From Carcharhinus amblyrhynchos (taxonomy: Eukaryota): 64,000 nucleotides of DNA. The notes below the pieces were generated by a model. It had not been told where the DNA came from, searched no databases, and saw nothing but the letters and a program-made list of their open reading frames with translations. Each line of letters starts with the position of its first letter. Position 1 is the stretch's first letter. Below, piece by piece: positions 51,171-63,433 of this stretch. The translations under genes were made by a program, and so were the position numbers. The stretch spans positions 21,080,001 to 21,144,000 of the forward strand of contig OZ336878.1 in assembly GCA_965287045.1 (NCBI GenBank). Reading direction: 5' to 3'.

Positions 51171-51634
51171 CCGATGTCTCATCATTATTACCTTCACTAT
51201 GTCTCCTGCCTCATGTACAAGTCTCTTTTTCATCCTTAATTGGTCCCATTCTATCTCTCATCATTCTTTTATCATTTACATGTTTAAAGAAGATTAAAGA
51301 AAAGGATTCTCTTTTACTCTACCACGCCAGAACAAAGATTAATCTTCGTTAAAGGCTTATTTTATAATGCTTTATAACCTGGATATTAAACATCACCTTA
51401 GTGGAGCATGGAGAGGATGATTTAGCATCTCCATTAGAAATCACCTGATTTTATTTAATGGAATGAAATTCAGGCAGGTTCTACAATGCACACACACATA
51501 TACCACCTAATACCCCTCTCAGCCTCCTCAACCACCTCCATCCCAGCAATCCACCGTCCTGTAGTTCATGTTTCTGCATCACCACCACTCCCCCGCCCCA
51601 AAGATGTTTTAAAAACCCCAGATTGAGGTGGGGA

Positions 51635-51922
51635 GGGGACACAGTGGTTAGCACTGCTACCCCACAATCCAAGGACCAGAGCTCAATTCTGGCTTTGGGT
51701 GACTGTCTGTGTAAACTTTGTACATTCTCCTGTATCTGCACAGATTTCCTCCCAGACAACAACGGCATGCAGGTTAGGTGGATTGGTCGTGCTAAATTTC
51801 CCCTTAGCATCAGGAAGGTTAGCAGATAAATATATGAGGATAGGGCCTAGGTGGGATTGTCGTCAGTGCAGGCTCGATGGGCCAAATGGCCTCTTTCTGT
51901 ACTGTAGGGATTCTATGATTCT
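51635..51922 (+). mobile_element. HE1-type V-SINE, tail A (diverged)
   Basis: Head, core and tail. Confidence 0.8.
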
Positions 51923-52815
51923 TTGGTCATGAAAGTCTACCTCTGGAGCTTTTGAAGGAACAGAGAAGGACATCACACGTTAAGCTTCTCAGTTGCAGTC
52001 CAGTAATTAAAGACGATGCAAGTACAACTTCTTCACAAACTCATTTTATTCTCTTTGACAAATCCACATACACACCCAACACCCAGTGCCACCTGTAATC
52101 CCTTTGTATAGCCCAGTGAGCACAATTAAACAATTAACATACAAATTTGGTCTAAAGTGGAAGGTTGGAGTTAACCCATTCCTAACATCAGAGTTTTGGT
52201 CAACATCTTGTTCCTGTGTAATTGATTTTGGAAGCATTGCAGCCAGATATCAAAAGCGAAAAGTAAAATGTGTCCCATTTACCACCGTTTACCTCAAAGA
52301 GCATGAAACGTCACAAAAAAAGTCATTTCTCACTGCTTTAGCATAAGTATATGGCCTTCCTCCATTTTATCACAACATGGTTCTGCAGTCATGGCACATG
52401 CAGCCGATTATGAGGAAGGCCAGATCGTACAAGCTCCTGATCCTGGCAAAGAGGGATATGAGCCAAGATATCAAATTGGAAATTCAGGAGAAGACGAACA
52501 CAGAAGCCTCATTTTAATGGACAAATGTCCTGTGTCGATCCTTGACCTCTATATGTCAATCCCCAAACTCATTCTCACACACAAAGCTTTGTGCCAAGAG
52601 CACATCTTTGTTAAAACTAAATTAAGTACAGACACAGATACGATTTGTATTTCACTATGATAAACCCATCAATGCCAGCTGCTGTAAGGATTAGGATCTT
52701 ATTGCCTTCAAACCTAGATGACTTTATTGTAACAAAGACATGCTAAATGGAATTTTTGCAATTTCAGCAGATGAAATACAACACCTCATCTTCTGATTAG
52801 ACTTATTACAGCCTC

Positions 52816-52980
52816 AGAATCATAGAATCCCTACAGGGCAGAAGGAGGCTATTTGGCCCATTGAGGCTGCGCTGATCACATTCCACCCAGGCCCTATATC
52901 TGTAACCCCCCATATTTACCCTGCTAATCCCCCTGACACTGAGGCCAATCAATCAACTTCACCCACACATCTTTGGATGT
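52816..52980 (-). mobile_element. HE1-type SINE 3' portion
   Basis: AGAATCATAGAATCCCTACAG..TTTACCCTGCTAATCCCCCTGACACT. Confidence 0.8.
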
Positions 52981-52989
52981 GTGGAATTT

Positions 52990-53432
52990 ATACATTCCAG
53001 GCTCACTGAGTTCAATGGCTTTAGATTGTAAACATTCTCCTCCATCTCAACTCTCAACTTAAAATTCAAAAATTGTTTTTTTTTCCCACAATACAACCCC
53101 CACCCACAACTGCCAAACCCCCTCCCACTCACCCTGGCCCCCTCACTACATCTTCACAGGTATGTCATCTGTCACTTGTTCTTTAGTTTTGCTTTCACTG
53201 AGCACAGACCTTATTTCTCCCTTTAACACACAATCTGATATCTTACTTTTATACCACTATCAGCCACCTACTGTCCTTAACACAGTCATTAAACATTTCC
53301 TTTGTCTTGTACCCTACACACTTTTGTCACAGTCATCCAGACTTGACTCTATTCTGTCTTCACAGATGCTGAGATTTTCCAGCATTTTCTGTTTTTGTTT
53401 CAGATTCCAGCCTCCACAGTATCTTGCTTTTA
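52990..53432 (+). mobile_element. Degenerate Penelope-like 3' end and pLTR
   Basis: CACAGATGCTGAGATTTTCCAGCATTTTCTGTTTTTGTTTCAGATTCCAGC; hammerhead region partly deleted. Confidence 0.7.
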
Positions 53433-53439
53433 GCCCATA

Positions 53440-53885
53440 GGCTTTGCTAATTGCTCTCTCAATATCTTCTGCCACATGCACATGAACCCCTAGGTCACTC
53501 TGTCCCTGTTATGTCTTAGATCAATGCAAGCAGTGGCTGTAACATTGGCCCTTGGGAAACACAACTTTCTATCATCTGCCAGTCTGACAAAACAATTGTT
53601 TGCCACAACTATCCTTGAGCCAATTTTTTGAAAATCTCAGTTGATATACTCCTACTCCATGTGACTCAATCTTGTTAACCAGCTTTTATTTGGTACTTTG
53701 TCGAATGATTTTCTTAAATCAATATAGACAATATCCACTGCTTTCCCTTCTTCAACCTTCTCATTCACTTCACCAAAAGGATCAATTAGATTAATCAAGC
53801 ACAATCTGCCTATTACAAACCTGTGCTGCCTCTCCTTAATTAACTGAAACCTCTTCAAGTGCCTGTTGCATTTTTCCCTGATTAT
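53440..53885 (-). mobile_element. Old CR1 RT fragment
   Basis: 'QHRFVIGRLCLINLI...AVDIVYIDLRKSFDKVP'. Confidence 0.75.
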
Positions 53886-54116
53886 TCCCTAAGTTAATTT
53901 GAGTTTGTTTATTTGGTTGGTGTCAAAAAAAAAGAGATCCCTGATTATTGTGTGGTTGAGGTGGTGGCACAGTGGTGTTGTCGCTGGACTAATAATCCAG
54001 AGACACTCGGTGATGTTCTGGAGCAGGAAAACATATCCTTGACTATTATGTTCACAAAAAGAGTTTCCTGATCATTGTGCTCACAAAAAGAGTTCTAACC
54101 TACCACTGATGTGAAA

Positions 54117-54658
54117 AAGAACATAAGAACATAAGAAATAGGAGCAGGAGTAGGCCATCTAGCCCTTCGAGCCTGCCCCGCCATTCAATAAGATCATGGC
54201 TGATCTGTCGTGGCTCAGTTCCACTTTCCCGCCCTCTCCCCATAACCCTTAATCCCCTCTCTTCTCAAGAACCCATCAACCTGCTTCTTAAAAATATTTA
54301 GCGAGGCAGCCTCCACCACTTCAACGGGCAGAGAATTCCAGAGATTCACCACCCTTTGAGTGAAGAAGTTCCTCCTCAACTCCGTTCTAAACCGCCCCCC
54401 CTTTATCTTGAGGCTGTGCCCCCTAGTCCTACTGTCTTTTTTGAGCGGGAAGAGTCTCTCCACCTCTATCCTATCCATCCCATTCATCATCTTATACGTC
54501 TCAATGAGATCTCCCCTCATTCTTCTAAACTCTAACGAGTACAAGCCTAGTTTATTCAGCCTCTCCTCATAGCTCAACCCCCTCAACTCCGGTATCAGCC
54601 TAGGAAACCTCCTCTGCACTCCCTCCAAGGCCAAAATATCCTTGCGCAGGTGCGGCGC
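54117..54658 (-). mobile_element. Very young CR1 3' fragment
   Basis: Open ORF 54215-54634; about 8 differences from 61842-62380 by manual comparison. Confidence 0.95.
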
Positions 54659-54959
54659 AGGTCTGCAGGTATAGGAATGTCCTTCTGGGCTTTGTTGAAC
54701 AAGGGTATCGCAGTTGCCACTCTCAAATTCCCTCTTACCTCCCCCACATCTAAGGAAAATTAGAAGATCATGACAAACCCTTCAGCTATCTCCACTTCTG
54801 CATCTGTTAGCAATTTTGGAATGCAAGCCTTCTGGGCCAGGTAATGTATCCAATGTAAGCATAACCAGCCCTTCCAGCATGTCCTCCCTATCAATTTGTA
54901 AACTTCCATTGCCTCTACCATCTACACAACTGCCATTATTTTGTGAGCATCCTTGGTAC

Positions 54960-55287
54960 GGGCAGCACGGTGGCACAATAGTTAGCACTGCTGTCTCACA
55001 GCACCAGGACCCAGGTTCAATTCCGGCCTTAGGTGGCTGTCTGTGTGGACTTTGCACATTCTCCCCATGTCAGCGTGGGTTTCCTCTGGGTGCTCCGGTT
55101 TTCCCCCACAGTCCAAAGATGTGCTGGTTAGCTTGATGGGCCATGCTAAATTGACCCTAGTGTCGGGGGGATTTACAGGGTAAGTGTGTGGGATTATGGG
55201 AATACAGCCTGGGTAGGACTGTGGTCGATACAGACCCGATGGGCTGAATGGCTTCCTTCTGTACTCGAGGGATTCTGTGATTCTATG
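54960..55287 (+). mobile_element. HE1-type V-SINE, tail A
   Basis: GGGCAGCACGGTGGCAC head through TTCTGTGATTCTATG tail. Confidence 0.9.
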
Positions 55288-55409
55288 TAAACTCCACTGC
55301 AAAGCATTCATTAGGTATTCTATGCTGGAATGGTGGACTGAGTGATGAGAGCAATGTTTTATTGGCTTAGATGAAACTATTGATGGATTCGTGTAAAAGT
55401 TCCAGCTAA

Positions 55410-56907
55410 TGATAAAATCCCTACCGTGCAGAAGAAGGCCATTTGGTCCATCAAGCTGACAACAATCCCACCCAGACCCATCCCCATAATCCCACAGATT
55501 TATCCTGCTAATCCACCTGAGACCAAGGGGACAATTTTACCTTTGCTTTGCATCTGTTTTCAGGTGGTAAAATGCGTCGTAAAGCAAATAACGCGATTGG
55601 TGCCAGTTTTCATGACTGGGGCCATTTTATGAGCACTGGATTTCCGGTGCAGTCAGCCAGAAATGGGGGAGAGGCAGTTTAAAGTATTTAAATTTATTTA
55701 AATGCTGTTTTACATCTGCTTAGCGAGCCCAGCGCGCAATCGTCTGGACCTCCCTGTATGATCTCTTCGGGAGATGTTCGCACCAGTGAAAAATATATGT
55801 GCCCCCCATGAACAGGGAGCAGTGAAGTTGGCCTTGATGGTGTATCCGGAGGCCATTGAGGCCCCGCAGGAATCTGTGGGAGGGGGAGGGGGGGTTGATG
55901 TTCCTTGGGCAGTTCCAGGCTGGCACCTGGACAACTGGGCAGTGCCAGGAGTGGGACTAATGGGGCAGGGCCAGTGAGGGGAGGAGCTAGTGGGGACAGA
56001 GCTAATGGGAAGAGGGGCCACGGGGTGGGGCAAGTGAGGATGGGGCTAAGGGGGCAGTGGATGCAGGACGAATACAGGCAGGGCTGATGGGGAAAGGGGG
56101 CCCACTGCCACACTGCAGCGATCGGTGGGGAGAGGAAGAGGGATGGACAGGAGACTCACTGCCGCTCTGCAGTGATCGGTGGGGACAGGGAGGGAGATGG
56201 GGCCTACTGCCACTCCGCAATGATCGATTGGGCGAGGGAGAGGGACAGAGAGGGATCCACTGCCACTCTGCAGTGATCGGTGGAGGAAGAGCGGCAGGTT
56301 CACAGTTGGTGAGGTGGGTGGTCTGAGATCAGTCTGGGCGGGCGGGGGCATGGAGTGTCGGCGGGAACTATATCTCGGGCTGTGGGCCCTCACGATTGCT
56401 GGGGGCGGGAGAGGAAGCTGCTTCAGGCAGTCTGCACTAGCAGGGGACTGACAGCTCTCTCTTTTCTGTCAGGCCCCTGCGGCTGCAAATGCGCGTGTGC
56501 AGCACCAGAGGCCTGCACATGCGCACTACCTCCCTCTGCAGGCTTTCGGGCACGTTAAACTACACCCACAAGCTTCTGCAGTGAGCAACAGGCTCGCTTA
56601 GAATTTTGCAGGCAGAGTGTAGATGGGTGAGCCTGAAAATATGCCCAAAACACAGATCTGAAAGTCTCAGTTTCAAGTCCGCCCAGCACTTCGAAATAAA
56701 GGTAGAGTTGCCCCCAACGAATCAATTTTACCTTGGCCAATCTGCCTAACCTGTACATTTTTGCAGTGTGGGAGGAAACCAGAGTACCTGAAGGAAAGCC
56801 ACACAGACACGGGGTAACGTGCAAACTCCAGACAGGCCAAGCCGGAATTCAAACCCAGGTCCCTGGAGCTGTGAGGCAGCAGTGCTAATCACTGCCACCA
56901 CGCCGCC
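55410..56907 (-). mobile_element. HE1-type V-SINE split by a DNA transposon (55410-55526 and 56715-56907)
   Basis: SINE tail on the left, core and head on the right of the insertion. Confidence 0.8.
55527..56714. mobile_element. GC-rich PIF/Harbinger-like non-autonomous element
   Basis: TIR GGGGACAATTTTACC / GGTAGAGTTGCCCC; CAA on both flanks; internal ~55-bp repeats CACTGCCxCTCTGCAGTGATCGGTGG x4 (56100-56285). Confidence 0.75.
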
Positions 56908-57260
56908 TAGATCTAATGGTTGAACTTAATCACTCCATCGTTTCCTGGCACTTTTGCTCTTATTAAGAATAGCACACGCCATTAATGCATCATTACTCTG
57001 GGATACATTTCCAGCAAACTGAGGCCCAATTTTATATGACCAAGCAGATTGGGCCATTGAATGTTTGAACCATGTCATGTGCTAACCCACATTCACGTTA
57101 AGAAGAGCAGGGAAAACAAGCTGGAAATTGATGACCATGGGTTTGTTTTTCCTGATTCTGTGCCTAAGTTCACTGAGTGACTTGGACACAGGAAACTATG
57201 GGAAGTTTCATTGAATGGATTGCATGCACACAAAGGAGTCCACCAAATTTCCCATCTATA

Positions 57261-58515
57261 CGGGGGATTCTCCCAGTGCACTGTGCTGCTCTAACACATC
57301 AGCGGAGGCCACTTAGGGGACTCCACGTCAGGCATCATGGCTCCTGTGCATCTCCAGGCCCCGGATTTCCAGCAGCGTCAGCTCCATGCCAGAAATCAGC
57401 ACGGAACTGATTTAACTATCGAAATCACCAATTTAATGCTATTAGCAGGCCCAGGACTGAAGTCTCCGGGCCCGCTAGTCTCTCCCCATGCCACTGCCAG
57501 GAGTGGTTCACTCCAGCAGGGTTTACAACAGCTCCCCACTATTAGGGAGCTGATGATTCCACACTGCTGGAGTGAAGGGAGACCATGGAGCCCCTCCAGG
57601 AGATCAGGGGTAAGGGGGGGGGGGGGTGGTGCTGCCTTGACATTGCCAAACTCACACTGCCAGCCTGATCCTTGGCACTGCCAAAGGGGCAAAGTGACAA
57701 AGCCCAAGGGGCACCTTGGTATTGCCCAATGGGCATTGGGCAATGCCAAAGGGGCAGGGCCAGAGGGGGCAATGCCCATTGAGACGGGGCCTATGTGGGG
57801 AGATCAGTGGAAGTGGGGCATTCGGCTGCCACTCAACACTTGGGATCAGTAGCAGAAGGAGGGAAGGGGCTAGTCATTGAGATGGGGGGGGCGGCGGGGA
57901 CAGTCATGCTTCCACGGAGTAGTCACACTGGGGAGGTCAGGACTGTCGGGGCTGAGTGGGAGATGGGGTTCGGGCGCATTGAGGCGGGCCCAGGAAAGGG
58001 AGTAGGGAGTCAGGGCTGGGCCAGAACATCTAGGAGGCCAACAATCAGGGGGTGAGTGAGTCAGAGGGGCAGCGACGAGAGGTTGTGGAGCTGGCCAGCG
58101 ATTGAGCAGGCTAGTGGTCAGGAGGCCAGCTGTGCATGTACCAATCCCCGCATTGATAGATTAGCACATGCACAGGGGCCCACAAGCGGGCCTGGATGGG
58201 GAACACAAGCGAGCTTGGATGGGGAACACAAGCGGGCCTGGATGGGGAGCACAAGCGGGCCTGGATGGGGAACACAAGCGGGTCTGGATGAATTCAGCCC
58301 CAGGTCCACTAATGAAATGGAAATAATGATTTCCATGTTGTAATCAGCTCCGCGCCAATTTCCGGCTTGAAACTGATAACTCTGGTCATCTCAGGTTGAC
58401 CCAGTCGCGGAGACCGTGATGCCCAGCGGGAAGCCCGCAAGATGGCCTCGAGGGCTGATGTTTTCCAGCCCACTGTGCTGCCAGAGCAGCTCAATGAGCT
58501 GGGAGAATCATCCCC
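57261..58515. mobile_element. GC-rich Harbinger-like non-autonomous element
   Basis: TIR GATTCTCCCAG / CTGGGAGAATC; family motifs as above. Confidence 0.7.
58181..58290 (+). repeat. 23-bp minisatellite, 4.8 copies
   Basis: Unit CACAAGCGGGCCTGGATGGGGAA, head-to-tail, no spacers. Confidence 0.95.
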
Positions 58516-59067
58516 ATGGTATTTGGGCTCCTTCTCTATAAAAATTGATAGGAGTAAACAAGGGTCTTTAAATAGTGATGGATGTTACTAAATTATCAAA
58601 AAATTATGACAAACCACTGTGGATATCATCATGAAAGATGTCATGCTAAGGACTGCGAATATTACTAATTATTGATCTAACAATTCTCATTCAACCCCAC
58701 AGTTTCATGTGTCTATCTGCTATATTTGCCTCTGCGGAATTGATTGCATTAGCTGTCACATTACTCCTCTGAAATATCTAAACTACTTAATTTACTTTTA
58801 TTAAACAATTTGTTGTGAACCTCACTGGAATTTCATTTTTTTCAGTTTGCAGCTTCGAAAAGGCATGCTGACAGATCGATAATACCTGACACATTTCAGC
58901 AAAACTGTTTTAAGGAGACAGGAAGTTGTTTAATGGTGTCCCTTCATCTCGAAGCCTTTTGCTTTCAATGTTTTCACGTCTTATTGAAATTTTCTTCTTT
59001 CTCCAATTATAATAACCTGGCTTAGTTGCGTTCATCTCTGAATCAACTGCCGCTCCAGGATTATGTA

Positions 59068-59212
59068 AGCTCCCTAATAGTGGGGAGCTGTTGTAAACCA
59101 CGCTGGAGTTAACCACTCCTGGCAGTGGCATGGGGAGAGATTAGCGGGCCTGGAGACTTCAGTTCTGGGCCTGCTAATAGCATTAAATTGGAGATTTCAA
59201 TAGTTAAATCAG
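59068..59212 (-). repeat. Inverted copy of 57407-57551
   Basis: 145 bp, 8 mismatches by manual alignment. Confidence 0.9.
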
Positions 59213-59249
59213 CACAACAGAAATGCTGTATGTTTGGAAGTCCAAAACT

Positions 59250-59448
59250 CAAGATAGTTCTCCGATAGGATTCTCCAGCTGTTCGCGCCAGCGGGATTCT
59301 CCGATCCCACCGGTAGCACACATGTGTTTCCTGCCAGCACAGGAATTTCCATTGACAGTAGCAGGACCAGAGAATCCCACCGCTAGCAAACAATGCGCCA
59401 CCTCCCACTGGTGCGAGCACGCAGCTGGGAGACTGGAGAATCTCACCC
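59250..59448. mobile_element. Harbinger-like MITE
   Basis: Repeated GGATTCTCC / GGAGAATC motifs; related to 47012-47228. Confidence 0.55.
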
Positions 59449-59635
59449 TAGGTATTAATTGAGAGTGCAACTTTAGACAGGGTGTAGAGGTTTGGTGAGA
59501 AGAGAGAGTTCAGTGAGGAGGAAAGGGTGGTGCTCCCGGGTTTTCTAACTTTTTTCCCCTGTGGGAATTAATTTCTGCTGTTCTACAGCGGAAGTGGAGA
59601 ATTGTTGGTGAGTATCTGTTGACTATCAATAAATA

Positions 59636-59970
59636 GTCAAGGTCTACTTTTCCCAGGTTGGAAGACTCAATTATGAGGGGGCATAGGTTTAACGTGCGAG
59701 GGACAAGGCTTAGAGGAGATGTATGTGGCAAGTTTTTTACACAGAGGATGTTGGGTGCCTGGAACGCGCTGCCAGGGGAGCTAGTGGGAGCTGATACGAT
59801 AGGGACTTTTAAGGCACGTCTGGACAAATACATGGATAAGATCGGAACAGAGGGATGTGGTTGCTGGAAGGGTAGGGAGATTTTAGTTCAGTCGGGCAGC
59901 ATGGTCAGTACAGGTTTGGAGGGCTGAAGGGCCTGTTTCTGTATTGTAATTTTCTTTATTCTTTGTTCTA
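59636..59970 (+). mobile_element. CR1 3' fragment
   Basis: 'RGHRFNVRGTRLRGDVCGKFFTQRMLGAWNALP'. Confidence 0.85.
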
Positions 59971-60229
59971 TTTTCTGAAGGTTTAAATTTGCTCTGCAGT
60001 TTGTGATAAGACTAATAAATATCTAAAAGAAAATAATAGGATAAAATAATTAAGTAATTATTTAAAAATCATAAGTAAGGTGATGTGTCAAGGAGACAAC
60101 ATACAGAAGCCCATGGATACTAGTGTTACCCAAGGACAAGCACACCTGCAATAAGTTTCTGCAGCTTGAGGAGCTTTGGCTCTGAGTCATTGAGACACTG
60201 CAACACATCAAGTAGAGGGAGAGTTAACA

Positions 60230-60397
60230 TTCCTTCATTGTCACTGGGTCAAAATCCTGGAACTCCCTCTCTAACAGCACTGTGGGGGCACCAGACATAC
60301 ATTACAGTGTTCCAAGAAGGCAGCTCACCACACCTTCTCAAGGGCAATTAGGGATGGGCAATATATTGCTGGTTTAGCCAGCAATGCTAACATTCCC
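60230..60397 (+). mobile_element. 3' end of the second CR1-group family
   Basis: CTGGGTCAAAATCCTGGAACTCCCT...CACCTTCTCAAGGGCAATTAGGGATGGGCAA. Confidence 0.7.
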
Positions 60398-61322
60398 TTC
60401 AGAAACAAAACAAAATGCAATTAGTTCCACTTCCCTAATATTTCTCTTTGAAACACACCAATTTTCTTTTGTACTCACTTGCACCATCCTTTCAGGCAGT
60501 TCATTCCAGATCACAAGAGAGTAAGATGTTTTCTCTTCATAGCTCCCCAATGGTTCTTTTGCTAATTATCTAAAATCCATGTCCTCTGGTTGTGAATCAT
60601 GTATTGCTTTCTCCTTATTTAATCTTTCAAAACATCTTGAATGCTACCATTGCACCTCCCCTCAATCTTTTCTCTATGGGGGTCAATCCCATCAGTCCAG
60701 TTACCATTCCAGTAAATCTTCTCTGCACCCTATCCTCTTCAGCATGTGGAGTTAAAGTTCCAGGAATACTAGTTGTGGCTGAAAGGCAAGTTATTGCTGT
60801 GCCTTCCTTGGGCTGGTATAGACATGACAACTTAACTGTTCCTCTCAATGCTGTTTGCATGATCTTTGCTACAATTCAGGTGCTACATTTTCCCATGTTA
60901 AAATTTTAGTTGGATTTCGAAAGGTAATTTACTTTTGGGAATATTTTCAAGACACAGCAGACTAATGCAAAACGGGTTTAGCCCAACTACCTCAGGGAAC
61001 AGTCACACAGAATGGAAACAATATATTTGACCTCATGCTGACTGACCCAGGTAAAGTGAATAATGGGTGGGGAGCTAGACAGCTTGGAAAATGGTGGAGA
61101 AGGGACAATATTTTTGGTCTTGTGCGAATCCAGATTTACATCCTCTGCACAATAGGAAACCATTATCTTCATTAATAAACATCTAACATTGACTTCACTT
61201 TGCTATAAGGAGGTTTACAAGAGGGAGAAAGATATGTTGCATCACTTCTTGTGATTATGTATCCTGACTCATTAGTATATCACATGGTTAGAATTAACCC
61301 CCTATACTACATCACATCCCAA

Positions 61323-61449
61323 GGCTGGAGTTTACCTGTCCTGCCCGCCACGGGAATCGGAGCGGGCGAAGGGTGGAACGTGGAAAGGTCTGCTGACCTC
61401 AGGTGAGATTTTACATTTTCAGGATGGGCGAGGCTGTAAAATCCAGACC
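61323..61449. mobile_element. PIF/Harbinger-like MITE
   Basis: Ends GGCTGGAGTTTA / TAAAATCCAGACC, CAA on both flanks. Confidence 0.65.
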
Positions 61450-61841
61450 CAAGTCTCTGATTCTTCCCAATACACTACAGAGAGCATTGGGAGAGAAGTC
61501 CAACATGCTCCGGCTGCAATAGCATATTAACAAAGGTGAGAGCAGTAATAGCTGTGCTGTTCAATAACCAGAATCCACAACCACCCTGGCCTGTGATGAG
61601 CCCTCCAGCAACATCAAGGTGGCCTCCTGGCAGTTCCTTTAAAATTCATTCAAGGGATGTCGGTGCCTCGAACTGGGCCAGCATTTATTGCCAAATTTGC
61701 AGACAACACTAAAATAGGTGGGAAAGCAAGTTGCAACAAGAAATAAGAAATTGACAAATTACTATGGATAGGTTAGTCGAGTGGGCCAAAATCCGGCAGA
61801 TGTAATTTAACATGACTAAGTGTGAGGTTATCCATTCTGAT

Positions 61842-62607
61842 CATAAGAACATAAGAAATAGGAGCAGGAGTAGGCCATCTAGCCCTTCGAGCCTGCCCCG
61901 CCATTCAATAAGATCATGGCTGATCTGTCGTGGCTCAGTTCCACTTTCCCGCCCTCTCCCCATAACCCTTAATCCCCTCTCTTATCAAAAACCCATCAAC
62001 CCGCTTCTTAAAAATATTTAGCGAGGCAGCCTCCACCACTTCAACGGGCAGAGAATTCCAGAGATTCACCACCCTTTGAGTGAAGAAGTTCCTCCTCAAC
62101 TCTGTTCTAAACCGCCTCCCCTTTATCTTGAGGCTGTGCCCCCTAGTCCTACTGTCTTTTTTGAGCGGGAAGAGTCTCTCCACCTCTATCCTATCCATCC
62201 CATTCATCATCTTATACGTCTCAATGAGATCTCCCCTCATTCTTCTAAACTCTAACCAGTACAAGCCTAGTTTATTCAGCCTCTCCTCATAGCTCAACCC
62301 CCTCAACTCCGGTATCAGCCTAGTAAACCTCCTCTGCACTCCCTCCAAGGCCAAAATATCTTTGCGCAGGTGCGGCGCCCAAAACTGCACACAGTACTCC
62401 AGCTGCAGCCTCACCAATGCCCTATACAGCTGCAGCAAGACCTCCCTACTTTTATATTCAATCCCCCTCGCTATGAAGGCCAGCATCCCATTCGCCTTCC
62501 TGACCACCTGCTGCACCTGCAAGCTGGGTTTTTGCGACTCATGCACAAGGACCCCGAGGTCCCTCTGCACTGTCGCCTGCTGCAGTTTTTCACCACGTAA
62601 GTAATAG
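61842..62607 (-). mobile_element. Very young CR1 3' fragment
   Basis: Open 211-aa ORF 61935-62570. Confidence 0.95.
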
Positions 62608-63127
62608 GATTGAAAAGGCCAACTTCAAAATGTTTCGCTGCAGGCTGATTTGAGTATTCTCATGCACGTATCACTGAAAGTTAGTATGCAGGCGCAGTAG
62701 GTGATAAAGAAAGCAAATGGAATTTTGGCATTCTTTGCTAATGGAATAGAGTATAAAATTAGGGAAGTACAGTTGCAATTATATAGGACATTAGTGAGAC
62801 TACACCTAGTGCACTGTGCACAGGTTTAGTCTCCTTTCTTGAGGAAGAATGGTTCAAAAAGGTCCACTAGATTGATTCGAGGGATGAAAGACTTGTCTTA
62901 TGAAGTGAGATTGAACACTTTAGGCCTATATTTGCTGGAGTTTAGAGGTTTAATTGAGGTATATAAGATAGTAAAGGGGATTGACAGGGTGGACCTTGAA
63001 CAAATGTTTCACTTGTTAGACATTCTAGAATGAGAGGCCATAGCTTTAGGTTTAGGATGGCAGATTTATAACAGAAATGAGGAGAAGCTGCTTCACTAAA
63101 GAGTCATGAACCTGTGGAACTTTCTCA

Positions 63128-63229
63128 CAACAAACACAGAAAATGCTGGAAAATCTCAGCAGGTCTCATAGCATCTGTGGAGAGAGAGTAGATGCAATGA
63201 TTCAAGTCAGGATGACCCTTTGTCAGAGC
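63128..63229 (-). mobile_element. Penelope-like pLTR mini-insertion with decayed hammerhead
   Basis: Minus strand GCTCTGACAAAGGGTCATCCTGACTTGAATCA..CACAGATGC..GACCTGCTGAGATTTTCCAGC. Confidence 0.8.
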
Positions 63230-63433
63230 AGGTTTAGTCCTGAGTTCAGTGAATGCTGGAGAAGTTGGATAGGTTCTTGATTAGTACTGGAACGAAAGGT
63301 TATGGGGAGTGGGCAGAAAGATGGAGATGAGGCCGAGATGAGATCAGCCATGATCGTGTTGCATTGCAGAGCAGGCTCGTGGAGCTGAATTGCCTACTCC
63401 TGCTCCTATGTTCTTATGTTCTTATGTCCTTAT

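Larger units (their letters stand above)
61693..63433 (+). mobile_element. Old CR1 split by a young CR1 and a Penelope mini-insertion
   Basis: KFADNTKIGG..KCEVIH (61693-61841), resumes at 62608; ends (TTCTTATG)n. Confidence 0.85.

Noticed and set aside
52391-52660. 89-aa ATG ORF MAHAADYEEG...
   Set aside because: No recognisable family; the length is within chance expectation.
53925-54090. Degenerate ~29-bp repeats (CTGATCATTGTGCTCACAAAAAGAG)
   Set aside because: Only 2-3 diverged copies, most simply a local slippage duplication.
58181-58290. CRISPR-like 23-bp repeats
   Set aside because: Head-to-tail with no spacers, inside a eukaryotic transposon, and no cas genes: a minisatellite.
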